Origin: an uncultured Clostridiaceae bacterium
Lineage (GTDB): Bacteria; Bacillota; Clostridia; Lutisporales; Lutisporaceae
Reading direction: 5' to 3'
DNA: 64,000 bases
NCBI GenBank assembly: GCA_964477445.1
Contig: CAYZED010000004.1
Span: forward strand, 16,180-80,179
The notes beneath the pieces were generated by a model that was given only the letters and a program-made list of their open reading frames with translations, was not told where the DNA came from and did no database searches. Below are positions 10,164-20,495 of this stretch, one piece after another; the first letter of the stretch is position 1; each line of letters opens with the position of its first letter. The position numbers and the translations under genes are program-made.

Positions 10164-11204
10164 ATGAATAATAATATCAATGGTAATATAAATATTCCAC
10201 GACAAGCACCAGTGCGACAGAATGTACCTAACTTCAGAAATGGCATTCCTGCTAGTTTTATTACTTTCATGAAATCATTTCTAATCATCGCAGTAGTCAT
10301 TATTCTAGTTTTGCTAATTATAAATTCTTTCTTTTTTACAGTAAGCGAGTATCAACAAGCAATAGTAACGAGATTTGGAGAAATGAGAGAAGTAATATTA
10401 GACAAAAAAGATGCTGCTATTGAAAAAATGATAACCAGCGATTCAAGATTTAAAGGAATAAATATCAAGTACGGAAAAGGACTTTTCCTAAAAACTCCTT
10501 TCGTTGACAGTGTTGAGTTTTATGATAACAGACTCCTAACATATGACACAGACCCTAGAGAGGTGACCACAAAGGATAAAAAGAAACTTATCGTTGATAA
10601 CAATGGTCAATGGAAAATAGTAAACCCACTCCTTTTTAGAATCACTATGACAAATATAGGAAATGCAAATACAAGAATTGACGATATTATTTATTCAAGA
10701 CTTAACGAAAGGATTGGGAAAACTGAAGCCTCTACTCTAATTTCCGATAAGGTTTATGTTAGAAATATGCTAAACGAATTAAATGACACTGTAAACGTCG
10801 ATGTCAAAGGTTATGGAATAGAGATTGTAGATAACCAAATCAGAAAAACTGACCTACCTCAACAAAATACAGAAAACATTTTTAACAGAATGAAAACTGA
10901 GAGAGAACAAAAGGCTAAACAATACCGCTCCGAAGGAAAAGAGGAAGCGCAGCGAATAACATCTGAGTCTGACAAAGAAGCTATGATTATTGAAGCCGAC
11001 GCATATAAGCAATCGCAAATAGTCCGCGGCCAGGGCGACGCTGAAGCCACACGAATTTATAATGCAGCATTCAATCAAGATCCAGACTTTTATGAATTCT
11101 ACCGCACGCTACAAGCTTACAAGGTCACTTTGAAAGACAAAACCAAAATAGTTATCGATTCTAAGTCACCGTTTGCAAAATATTTATACGGCAGCGGTAA
11201 CTAG
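10164..11204 (+). CDS. hflC: FtsH protease modulator HflC (SPFH/band-7)
   Basis: 346 aa. TM helix then SPFH domain (EYQQAIVTRFGE..), C-terminal RSEGKEEAQRI..AEA repeat region. SD GGAAGGAG upstream. Confidence 0.85.
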   Translation: MNNNINGNINIPRQAPVRQNVPNFRNGIPASFITFMKSFLIIAVVIILVLLIINSFFFTVSEYQQAIVTRFGEMREVILDKKDAAIEKMITSDSRFKGINIKYGKGLFLKTPFVDSVEFYDNRLLTYDTDPREVTTKDKKKLIVDNNGQWKIVNPLLFRITMTNIGNANTRIDDIIYSRLNERIGKTEASTLISDKVYVRNMLNELNDTVNVDVKGYGIEIVDNQIRKTDLPQQNTENIFNRMKTEREQKAKQYRSEGKEEAQRITSESDKEAMIIEADAYKQSQIVRGQGDAEATRIYNAAFNQDPDFYEFYRTLQAYKVTLKDKTKIVIDSKSPFAKYLYGSGN

Positions 11205-11215
11205 AATAATCAAAA

Positions 11216-11268
11216 GGGGATGGTCATCAAGTTCAATTCAATGAACTGATGACACCCCCCCTTTTTTT
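11216..11268 (+). terminator. intrinsic terminator after hflC
   Basis: Long imperfect hairpin GGGGATGGTCATCAAGTTCA..TGAACTGATGACACCCC followed by a T7 run. Confidence 0.75.
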
Positions 11269-11410
11269 ACCCTATTAATTCGTCAATTATTTCTTCCCAT
11301 CCGCGTATATGAGTCAATCTTTCAGTACATGAAAAACTTAACTTTTGCATAGCACGAAAAGTCCAAAAGTGTGAAATTCTAACTATAATGGTTATATTAG
11401 CTTTTCCAAA

Positions 11411-11449
11411 ATAAAAACAAAGCGCATCTACCTATAAAAGTAGTGCGCA
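11411..11449 (-). terminator. intrinsic terminator after the OmpA-like gene
   Basis: Minus-strand GCGCACTAC-loop-GTAGATGCGC followed by TTTGTTTTT, immediately after the stop at 11451. Confidence 0.7.
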
Positions 11450-11450
11450 A

Positions 11451-11966
11451 TTACTTTGTCTTTAATAAAACTTCAATCTTTCTAACTTCTTTTTCGTCAT
11501 CGATATTTTCGTTGTTAATCCTCAGAAAATCTAATTCTTTTAACTTCAAAAATATTTTGTTCGAGCTTAGCCCATTATCCACAAAATATTTTTTAACGTT
11601 TTCTTGCCTAGCGGCTGTCAGTTTATACTGAACTTTCACCTTATCTGTAGAAATGCCGTTTTCGACAATTACTTTATACCCTGTTATTTCAATAGAATAA
11701 TCATTTTTCGCCTTTGCGCTTTTAAGAATCATCTCTAGTACTGGAAGATTATCTGGCTTAATTTGAGCTTGTTTATTATCAAAATAAATTATCACTTTAG
11801 GTTTAAATGATGACTCTCCTGAAGCGAATTGATTCGTAATTTTTATAACTTTATCGATATTCCCGATAATAGCTGATGTTGTAAAAATCAGAACAAATAC
11901 CATAAGCAAGACCAAAATAAAGAGCGCTGCCCAACCCTTACGAGTTAGCCTATAACCTTTTAGCAA
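11451..11966 (-). CDS. membrane-anchored protein with degenerate OmpA/MotB-like C-terminal domain
   Basis: 171 aa. One N-terminal TM helix. C-terminal layout is VIIYFDNKQAQIKPDNLPVLEMIL..YSIEITGY..LTAARQENVKKYFVDNGL..RKIEVLL, which follows the OmpA-like pattern with a diverged binding motif. Confidence 0.45.
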   Translation of the reverse strand: MLKGYRLTRKGWAALFILVLLMVFVLIFTTSAIIGNIDKVIKITNQFASGESSFKPKVIIYFDNKQAQIKPDNLPVLEMILKSAKAKNDYSIEITGYKVIVENGISTDKVKVQYKLTAARQENVKKYFVDNGLSSNKIFLKLKELDFLRINNENIDDEKEVRKIEVLLKTK

Positions 11967-11968
11967 AT

Positions 11969-12748
11969 CTACCTATCATTCTTTACGAATCCGATAATGT
12001 TCATCAGCCTTTGAACTTCAAATTCGATTTCGAAATGCTGTGCTTCTTTAAGTGCTAATTTTTCTTCAATATGCTTCTTATGTTTTAATATTTCTTCATT
12101 TAACCTGGCTATTTCTTTTTCAGTATCAGAAACGCTAATTCCGATAGATTCCTCAAATCTGTTTTTATACTCCATTAATGTATTAATTCGTTCATCTCCA
12201 TCACCCATCAATTTCTTCATATCAAGATGCGAGGCTTGCATTAGCGCTACCAAAGATGCTCTTCTAACGTCCTGTGGAAGTGTCGCTGGGAGTGCATTAA
12301 TAAAATTCTCTACCATGTATATAGTTCCAATATCGCTCATATCGATATTCAACGCCTCGTATATTTCTTTAACGGACTTTTTCTCATTGTACTTATCTAT
12401 AACAATTTGCTCCACAGTTGCAATCTCCTCCTTCGGAATTTCCGAATTTATTTTCTCATTACTCAAACTCAACTTTTCATCAATTCCTGCAACACTGGAA
12501 TCAACATTTCTTAGTAGATTTCCAAGTCCAATTTCCTCTGCAGCCTTTTCAGCTCTAAGTAGATTTCCCGCATTTTCGGTGTCAAAATTCGCCTCACTCA
12601 TGCTTTCCTTAATAATCTTTACAGGAGTCTTAGATCCTCTAGTGTCTGGCTCAATCAACCCAAGTCTTTCAATTAGTGGCTTGCGTTTCTGACCATCCAT
12701 GACATGACCAGATTTATTAAAATTATTCTCGTCGTTCTTTTTCAACAT
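11969..12748 (-). CDS. hypothetical protein with coiled-coil C-terminus
   Basis: 259 aa with no recognisable motif. Separated by 2 nt from the downstream OmpA-like gene, so probably one operon. Confidence 0.5.
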   Translation of the reverse strand: MLKKNDENNFNKSGHVMDGQKRKPLIERLGLIEPDTRGSKTPVKIIKESMSEANFDTENAGNLLRAEKAAEEIGLGNLLRNVDSSVAGIDEKLSLSNEKINSEIPKEEIATVEQIVIDKYNEKKSVKEIYEALNIDMSDIGTIYMVENFINALPATLPQDVRRASLVALMQASHLDMKKLMGDGDERINTLMEYKNRFEESIGISVSDTEKEIARLNEEILKHKKHIEEKLALKEAQHFEIEFEVQRLMNIIGFVKNDR

Positions 12749-12893
12749 AGACTTCCTCCCATTAACAGCACAAATTTATATGAATCCATAATAAAACCGA
12801 AATAAATACAAAAACACACTTATCTACATTATATCAGCAAAAAAATTTAGTTCAAATGTTTTTAATGAAATTTCTTAATAAAGTTCATATAAA

Positions 12894-12934
12894 AACCAAA
12901 AAAACGTAACATTATGAAAATGTAACGTTTTTTT
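12894..12934 (-). terminator. intrinsic (bidirectional-looking) terminator after the LuxR-type gene
   Basis: AACGTAACA..TGTAACGTT stem (one mismatch), flanked by an A-run and a T-run. Confidence 0.55.
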
Positions 12935-12963
12935 ATTAAAAACAGCATTGAAATAAAATGATT

Positions 12964-13251
12964 CTATTCATTAATCAATTGAGGCGGGAACTCATAGTTG
13001 TCAACAAATGCTAAAAATTCCTTTTTTCGTCTAACGTTTAGCTTAGAATAAATTCTACTAATATGAGTTTTTACGGTATTTCTAGAAATACCATATTTCG
13101 CTCCTATGGTTTCATAATCGTAGCGTTCATATAGCAAAGATGCAATCATCACTTCCCTGGGTGTCATACGATTTTCTTTAATCATACAATCATTTATTTC
13201 ACATATCCTATTCTTAGCTCTAAAGTTTTCCCTTGCGCTTATGCTGATCAT
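12964..13251 (-). CDS. stand-alone LuxR/GerE-type HTH transcriptional regulator
   Basis: 95 aa. TPREVMIASLL..YETIGAKYGISRNTVKTHISRIYSKLNV matches the LuxR C-terminal HTH pattern. No receiver or ligand domain. Confidence 0.75.
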   Translation of the reverse strand: MISISARENFRAKNRICEINDCMIKENRMTPREVMIASLLYERYDYETIGAKYGISRNTVKTHISRIYSKLNVRRKKEFLAFVDNYEFPPQLINE

Positions 13252-13530
13252 AATGCCCTCCGATGCTTATTATAGTTTAACAGGCATATACAAATATGTG
13301 CTTTATATTTATATTTTACCTTGTTACCAGTATAAATCATCACCCATTATAGAATATTACAAACTATTTTTTTAATTCACGTTTTTTTAAATAGGACTAA
13401 AGAACTATATAAATTTGCTTTTGTTATGTATAAACCGATTGATTAATGTTAAAATAATACTATGAGTAAAGCTGAAAAACATAAATAAAATTATTTAAGA
13501 AATATGGTACAAACCAGAAATGAGGAAGAA

Positions 13531-13848
13531 ATGAATAATTTATCAAAAAATTTCACACGTGTTCCAGGAAGAAAAACTGCTGACTTATTGCTATTTGCAC
13601 TTTCGACTTGTGGTTGGTGTAAAAAAACAAGAGAAATACTCGACCGCGAAGGTGTTGAATATGATTACGTATATGTCGATAACTTCATCGGAAAAGATGG
13701 TGAAGAACTAGATAATCAGGTCAGAAAATGGAATCCACGCGAGAGTTATCCCGTAATAGTCGTAAATAATATCTTTTCAATCATAGGTTATAAAGAAGAT
13801 AAAATACTAAAAGCTATTGAGGAGGGTGAAAATGCAAAAGACTGCTGA
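13531..13848 (+). CDS. glutaredoxin-like protein (CGWC active site)
   Basis: LFALSTCGWCKKTREILDREGVEYDYVYVD has a thioredoxin-fold CxxC. The ORF opens at 13504, but the ATG at 13531 follows SD GAGGAAG. Confidence 0.7.
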   Translation: MNNLSKNFTRVPGRKTADLLLFALSTCGWCKKTREILDREGVEYDYVYVDNFIGKDGEELDNQVRKWNPRESYPVIVVNNIFSIIGYKEDKILKAIEEGENAKDC

Positions 13849-14323
13849 TGATTTGTTAGAGGACCTAAAGAAAAAAACACTATCTAGTGGCTATCTTTTA
13901 TCTAATGACACTGACCTATTATTCACTTTATGTAATGGCTTACTGCTAAACGAAGAACGCTATGGATATCAAGCTTGCCCGTGTAGAAGAGTTAAAGGAA
14001 ATAAAGAAGAAGATTTAGATATAATTTGTCCCTGCGATTATAGAGATGGAGATCTTGAAACTTATGGTTCTTGCTATTGCGGTTTATATGTCTCAAAAGA
14101 AATTTTTTCAGGAGAAATATCCCTAACTTCTATTCCCGAAAGCAGGCCTACTTCCGAAGAGCGAAAACTAAAATTCTCGAAATCTATCCAAACTAATGGA
14201 TTGCCTTTACAGGTATGGAGGTGTAAAGTTTGTGGTTACTTATGCGCTAGAGAAGCGCCTCCTGCAGTATGTCCTATATGTAAGGTAGAAAAAGAACGAT
14301 TCGAGATATTTAGAATAATATAA
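13832..14323 (+). CDS. ferredoxin:thioredoxin-reductase catalytic-subunit-like domain fused to a C-terminal rubredoxin-like domain
   Basis: CPCR-x14-CPC-x12-CYC cysteine pattern (FTR catalytic chain reads CPC..CPC..CHC), then WRCKVCGY...CPICKVEKERF rubredoxin knuckles. ATG at 13832 follows SD GAGGAGGG; the ORF track start at 13817 lacks one. Confidence 0.7.
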   Translation: MQKTADDLLEDLKKKTLSSGYLLSNDTDLLFTLCNGLLLNEERYGYQACPCRRVKGNKEEDLDIICPCDYRDGDLETYGSCYCGLYVSKEIFSGEISLTSIPESRPTSEERKLKFSKSIQTNGLPLQVWRCKVCGYLCAREAPPAVCPICKVEKERFEIFRII

Positions 14324-14365
14324 GTTAATAACAAAGAATCATAGAAATCCAGACATATACTTATA

Positions 14366-16450
14366 TTAATTCATTGTAATAGTTTTCTCGTGTATGCTTT
14401 TTTTTACTATATCTGATGTCAGATATTCTAAGACTTCATTGAAAGGTAATGGGGTGCTGAATAGATATCCTTGCGCAAACCGGCATCCCAATTCTTTTAT
14501 TATCTTTAGCTGTTCGTGTGTTTCCACTCCCTCTGCCACCATAAAATACCTGAATTTTTTTGACATTAAATATACCGCTGCAAGTATAGCCTTATCTTCT
14601 TCAGAATTAACAACATCGTTTGTGAACGATTTATCAATCTTTACACACGAAATAGGCAACGATTTTAAATAACTAAGCGAAGAATAACCTGTTCCAAAAT
14701 CATCTAAAGTAATAGAAATACCAGCATCATTAAATGCTTCAAGCATTTCAATTCTATTCTTTCCATCCTGAAGAGCAACACTTTCTGTCACTTCAATTAT
14801 AAAATTCTTTCTATCAATTTTTCGTTTATCTACAGAATCAAGTACAAAATCCAATAGTTTCCAATTTCCAAATTGCTTAACTGAAAAGTTTACACCTACT
14901 CTAATTTGATCATGTCCATTTTGTGCAAGCTTTTCGAGAGCAATGCATACTTTTTCTATAACAATCTCACCAATCTGAATAATTAAGCCCGTTTCTTCAG
15001 CGAGTGGTATAAATTCCATCGGATTTATTATTTTTCCGTTACTCTTCCATCTGATAAGTGACTCAAGAGCGAATACATTGCCTTTCTTTAAATCAATGAT
15101 TGGCTGAAAATACAACTCAAACTCATCTTGGTCAATTGCTTTTCGGAGACTTAATTCAATCTCAGCTTTTCTAATAATAGCTTCTCTCATTTCATCCCTA
15201 TAAAACTGAAAGCAGTTTCTTCCAGCCTCCTTTGCTTTGTACATAGCCATTTCAGCGCATTTAGATAAATCATTGGCCCTTTTTCCGTCTAAAGGGTACA
15301 TTGCTACTCCAATACTCAGCGTAATATATATTTCCCTGCTATTTATAATAAAAGGCATCAAAAACATTTCCTGAAAATGTATAACACGATCAAGCATATC
15401 GTTACTTCCCATAAGTTCAGTGAAAATTACTTCGAACGTATCTCCGCCCGTTCTACCAATAATTACGTTATCGCTTATCGATTTCTGTGATCTCTTCGCA
15501 ATTTCAACTAAGACCAAATCTCCAAATTCATGCCCATAGCTATCATTGATAACCTTAAAATTATCAATATCAACCAAAGCTAGTCCTATAACCATTTTCG
15601 GGTTATCTATCAAGAGTTTCTTTAATTCTTCTGAAAATCCAAATTTATTAAAAAGTTTTGTTAAATTATCAAAATAAGCAATTTTTTTAATTTCTTCTTC
15701 TTTGTTCTTTCTTTCGCTGATATCACTATGATAACCAATAATTCTTAATATGGAACCTTCTTCGTTAATTATTACCTGACCCCGACTCATCATCCATCTA
15801 TATTTTCCCGTTGAATCTAACAATCTTAATTCTGTATTATATCCACTATTTTTCCCTTTAATAAAATCTATTTTCGCTTGATTAATTTTTTCCCAATCAT
15901 CTGGATGAACTAATGAATCAAATGCTTCAACTCTATTTGCCATAGAATCCATATCATAACCTAGTAACATACGCGTTTTCGGGAACCAAAACTCTCCTGT
16001 TACAACATTCCAATCCCAAATACAGTCATTTGAGCCCTGTATAGCAAGTCGAAATTTTTCATCACTTTCCTGGAGTTCTGTTTCTCTTTTTTTAACTTCA
16101 AAAATTTTTTCCTGCAATTCACTATTTAAAGTCTTTAATTCTACATTAGTTTTTAATACGTTATCTAAATTATTTCTTATACTTTCTTCATTGTCACTCA
16201 ATTCTTTATTTAATGATCTAACCACAACGAATAGCAATATTGTTGTTACAAACATAAAAAACCATCCCTTATATGTTGACCAATTATAGAACTTTTCACT
16301 TTCTTTAACAAAAAAGGACAGTATAAGATCAGATAAATATATCCACAGCGATCCAAAAACTGTATAGATAAGGCAGACAAGCAAAGTCGCCCTTAAATAT
16401 TTGTTTTTGATTTTTAGAAGTTTTTTTTGAGGTGTTTTTTGAGTTCTCAT
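14366..16450 (-). CDS. membrane-anchored PAS-GGDEF-EAL c-di-GMP signalling protein (GGDEF degenerate, EAL apparently intact)
   Basis: 694 aa. N-terminal TM helices, coiled coil, PAS (CIWDWNVVTGEFWF). The GGDEF site reads GGDTF. EAL-domain motifs ESLIRW, DDFGTGYSSLSYL, KIDKSF and AEGVET are present. Confidence 0.85.
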   Translation of the reverse strand: MRTQKTPQKKLLKIKNKYLRATLLVCLIYTVFGSLWIYLSDLILSFFVKESEKFYNWSTYKGWFFMFVTTILLFVVVRSLNKELSDNEESIRNNLDNVLKTNVELKTLNSELQEKIFEVKKRETELQESDEKFRLAIQGSNDCIWDWNVVTGEFWFPKTRMLLGYDMDSMANRVEAFDSLVHPDDWEKINQAKIDFIKGKNSGYNTELRLLDSTGKYRWMMSRGQVIINEEGSILRIIGYHSDISERKNKEEEIKKIAYFDNLTKLFNKFGFSEELKKLLIDNPKMVIGLALVDIDNFKVINDSYGHEFGDLVLVEIAKRSQKSISDNVIIGRTGGDTFEVIFTELMGSNDMLDRVIHFQEMFLMPFIINSREIYITLSIGVAMYPLDGKRANDLSKCAEMAMYKAKEAGRNCFQFYRDEMREAIIRKAEIELSLRKAIDQDEFELYFQPIIDLKKGNVFALESLIRWKSNGKIINPMEFIPLAEETGLIIQIGEIVIEKVCIALEKLAQNGHDQIRVGVNFSVKQFGNWKLLDFVLDSVDKRKIDRKNFIIEVTESVALQDGKNRIEMLEAFNDAGISITLDDFGTGYSSLSYLKSLPISCVKIDKSFTNDVVNSEEDKAILAAVYLMSKKFRYFMVAEGVETHEQLKIIKELGCRFAQGYLFSTPLPFNEVLEYLTSDIVKKSIHEKTITMN

Positions 16451-16478
16451 TCTATCACCCTATTCATAACTTATTTAA

Positions 16479-17243
16479 TCAGTATCCCAGGACACCATTA
16501 ATATAAGCTTCGATATTTGTTCTTATAGGCATAAGATAAATATCTCCATCTATCTCATTGACTTTTTTAATTATTTTCCTAGCTACTTCGATATTGGTAT
16601 TCCAATCAGGTTCGAATCCTCTCGGAAATATTGCTCTATTCTTTACTTCCCAATATCTTAGGCTGTTATGATTCAATATAGGTGTAATTCCCCAGAAAAC
16701 CTTATATCCATCTAGCATTTCTTCATAAAATTCAAGATAGCGTTCATCAAAAAAAGGCTGTGTATAGAATCCTACTGCACCTGCATCCTCTTTTCTTTGG
16801 ACATATTCAAGTTCTGTCCTAACCCCGCTTCTATATTGATCTATGGCTGCATATACTTTTATATTTGGCAACTCTCTTTGAAACTTTCTTATTACGTCCA
16901 CGGAAGTAGATGTATAAATTTTCCTGTTAAAATCCTGTGGTGGATCTCCTGTTAAAACCAGCACCTCTTCTGTTCCATTTTCAATAAGAAATTCAGCCAT
17001 CGGAAGCGGTTTTTTCATATCAATATCCATTGCTCGAATATGTGGAACGGCTGTCTTAAAGTGCTTTTTTGCTTCTGCACACGCTTCCCAACTTCTAATA
17101 TCAAACCTTAATAAATCAGGAATATTTACTGAGTCAAATTCCTTAAATTCTGATTGAATTTTATTAAACTCAACTTTCAATTCACTCCAAGACCTAGGAA
17201 CAAGTTCAACCGACATTCTTCCCATAAGCGCCTCCAATATCAA
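16479..17243 (-). CDS. methylenetetrahydrofolate reductase (MetF)-family protein, short form
   Basis: Collinear with E. coli MetF landmarks: ELVPR / PHIRAMD / VLVLTGDPPQ / KEDAGAVGFYTQPFFD / WGITPI. Confidence 0.6.
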   Translation of the reverse strand: MILEALMGRMSVELVPRSWSELKVEFNKIQSEFKEFDSVNIPDLLRFDIRSWEACAEAKKHFKTAVPHIRAMDIDMKKPLPMAEFLIENGTEEVLVLTGDPPQDFNRKIYTSTSVDVIRKFQRELPNIKVYAAIDQYRSGVRTELEYVQRKEDAGAVGFYTQPFFDERYLEFYEEMLDGYKVFWGITPILNHNSLRYWEVKNRAIFPRGFEPDWNTNIEVARKIIKKVNEIDGDIYLMPIRTNIEAYINGVLGY

Positions 17244-17286
17244 GTTATAATTTCAATTCAAGTCCAATCTGATTTCTTTTCGATTT

Positions 17287-17727
17287 TTATCCGATTTTGA
17301 TTACTTCGACGCCTGCTTCTTTAAGCATTTTTAGACCTAAATCCTCAGGATAGCTTTCCCTCATTACAACTCTGACAATCTCTGCATTTATTATCATTTT
17401 TGCACAAACTACGCAAGGTGAGAGTGTAACATAAATGGAAGCGCCCTTTATAGGGCTCCCAAAAACTGCTGCTTGAATAATTGCATTCTGCTCTGCATGA
17501 AGTCCTCTACAAAGCTCATGTCGCTCTCCTGAAGGGACTTTCATCTGTTCTCTGAGACAACCAACCACCGAACAATGCGCAACTCCTTTAGGGGCACCAT
17601 TATAGCCCGTGCTAAGAATTCTATTATCTTTTACGATTACAGCACCAACGCTTCTTCTCCCACACGTAGATCTCTGTTTAACAACGTCAGCAATAGTCAT
17701 AAAGTATTCTGTCCAATTTTGTCTCAT
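17287..17727 (-). CDS. comEB: deoxycytidylate (dCMP) deaminase, ComEB-like
   Basis: Zinc motifs HAEQNAI and PCVVCAKMI. The second ATG (17727) follows SD GGAGGA; the ORF-track ATG at 17739 lies inside that SD. Confidence 0.85.
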   Translation of the reverse strand: MRQNWTEYFMTIADVVKQRSTCGRRSVGAVIVKDNRILSTGYNGAPKGVAHCSVVGCLREQMKVPSGERHELCRGLHAEQNAIIQAAVFGSPIKGASIYVTLSPCVVCAKMIINAEIVRVVMRESYPEDLGLKMLKEAGVEVIKIG

Positions 17728-17738
17728 ATAATCCTCCA

Positions 17739-18823
<1,085 letters not shown>

Positions 18824-18864
18824 AAATGATCCTCCAATATAACTTCCAAATTTACTTTTTTACT

Positions 18865-18899
18865 GCTTTTTATGGCTTTTTATGGCTTTTTTAAGGCTT
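18865..18899. repeat. 10-bp phased tandem repeat / A-tract array (GCTTTTTATG x2, GCTTTTTTAAG, GCTTA)
   Basis: Direct reading. On the minus strand, A5-6 tracts recur every 10-11 bp between the ywlE stop and the rpiB start. Confidence 0.8.
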
Positions 18900-19356
18900 A
18901 AGTTTTTCTCAGTACTTCCGTCAGTTTAATTAAATACCCCAGTATTTGGTCTCTACAGTATCTATAATCATCAATATCCCCCCCAATTGGGTCAGTCACA
19001 TCTTCTAAAGTCCCAGTTGAGTACTCTGCTAGTGTAAAAGTTTTCAGGGCGGCAATCTCATATGCTTCACCAAGTAAGCTCTTCTGTTCATTTGTCATAG
19101 TAATTACAATATTTGTTTCAAGCAAAATCTCTTTAGAAATTTGTCTTGTTCTATGAGAAGATATATCAACCGATAATTCAGCAGCAACTTTTATTGCGTT
19201 CGCTGAGGCACCAAAATTCGAAAAAACTGATGTTCCCGCTGATTCAATTTCTACACTCTCATTTAGTCCATTCGACTCAAGGAGTTTCTTCATAATCCCT
19301 TCTGCAATTGGACTTCTACAGGTATTTCCTGTGCACACAAATAAAATCTTTTTCAT
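18898..19356 (-). CDS. ywlE: low-molecular-weight protein (arginine/tyrosine) phosphatase
   Basis: CTGNTCRSP P-loop (CX5R) at the N-terminus, DP motif near the C-terminus. The tsaC-ywlE-rpiB order matches B. subtilis. Confidence 0.85.
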   Translation of the reverse strand: MKKILFVCTGNTCRSPIAEGIMKKLLESNGLNESVEIESAGTSVFSNFGASANAIKVAAELSVDISSHRTRQISKEILLETNIVITMTNEQKSLLGEAYEIAALKTFTLAEYSTGTLEDVTDPIGGDIDDYRYCRDQILGYLIKLTEVLRKT

Positions 19357-19369
19357 ATTATTATACCCA

Positions 19370-20494
19370 TTAATCTACAAAACATATCTTATTAGAAGCA
19401 GCTTTTTTCAACCTATTCATTATTGCTACACCAATTCCACTCTCTTCAACTGATTCAGCATATATAATATCAAGTTTCATTTTATCTAAATCTCTTAATG
19501 CACTGAAAATATTCGCTGCCACTTCTTCAAGCTTATCTAACTTGCCAAATCCTATAAAAATATCGGCATTAAAATATTTCCCATGTTCACTATAGGCCAG
19601 AACTCCAACTCTTTTTCCTTTAGATTGTTGCTCTGCCGTTAGCTCATTAATCCTCGAAATGACTTTTTCACTGTCACCTTTAAAGATATACATTGGGGCG
19701 TCAGGCGCATAATGTGCATACTTCATACCTGGAGCCTTAGGCACTTTTTTTTCTGTGCTTAATTGTATTCCATTTGACAAGCCTTCATTTAATGGTCTTT
19801 TCTTTAGCAAAATCTCATTATCTTCCATGCCACCAGAATCAATTAAAACTTCTCCAATTACATCTCTCAATTGTTCTATTGTAATTCCACCTGGCCTAAG
19901 AATCATAGGCGTATCGCCCGTCATATCAAGCACAGTGGATTCTAGCCCAACTCTGCTGTCGTCACCACAAATTATTGCATCAACTCGCCCTACCATCTCA
20001 CTAATAACATGATTGCCTTTAGTCGGACTAGGTTTCCCTGATTTATTTGCACTTGGGGCCGCGATTGGCCTGCCACTCTCTTTTATCAAAGCATAGGCTA
20101 TTGGATGATCTGGCATTCTGACTGCCACAGTGTTAAGTCCTCCAGTCACAGAGTAAGGAACGTTTTTTGATTTTTTAAAAATTAAAGTTAATGGTCCTGG
20201 CCAAAATTTCTCAATAAGCAAATTCGCTTTTTCGCTTAAGTTCTCGTCAATGAGATAAATCAACATATCAAGACTAGAAACATGAATTATTAATGGATTG
20301 TCGGATGGTCTTCCCTTTGCTTTAAATATGCCCAAAGTAGCAATTTCAGAAAGCGCGTCAGCTCCCAGTCCGTAAACTGTTTCTGTCGGAAAAATTACAG
20401 TGCCACCTGAACGAATGATCCCCGCCGCTTCATTAATGAATTTTGGTTCAGGGCTTCCATCTCTCATGTAATATATGTGTGTTTTGAATTCCAT
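19370..20494 (-). CDS. tsaC: L-threonylcarbamoyladenylate synthase (Sua5/YwlC type, with C-terminal Sua5 domain)
   Basis: 374 aa. GGTVIFPTETVYGLGADA, KGRPSDNPLIIHV, SANKSGKPSPT. Confidence 0.9.
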   Translation of the reverse strand: MEFKTHIYYMRDGSPEPKFINEAAGIIRSGGTVIFPTETVYGLGADALSEIATLGIFKAKGRPSDNPLIIHVSSLDMLIYLIDENLSEKANLLIEKFWPGPLTLIFKKSKNVPYSVTGGLNTVAVRMPDHPIAYALIKESGRPIAAPSANKSGKPSPTKGNHVISEMVGRVDAIICGDDSRVGLESTVLDMTGDTPMILRPGGITIEQLRDVIGEVLIDSGGMEDNEILLKKRPLNEGLSNGIQLSTEKKVPKAPGMKYAHYAPDAPMYIFKGDSEKVISRINELTAEQQSKGKRVGVLAYSEHGKYFNADIFIGFGKLDKLEEVAANIFSALRDLDKMKLDIIYAESVEESGIGVAIMNRLKKAASNKICFVD

Positions 20495-20495
20495 T

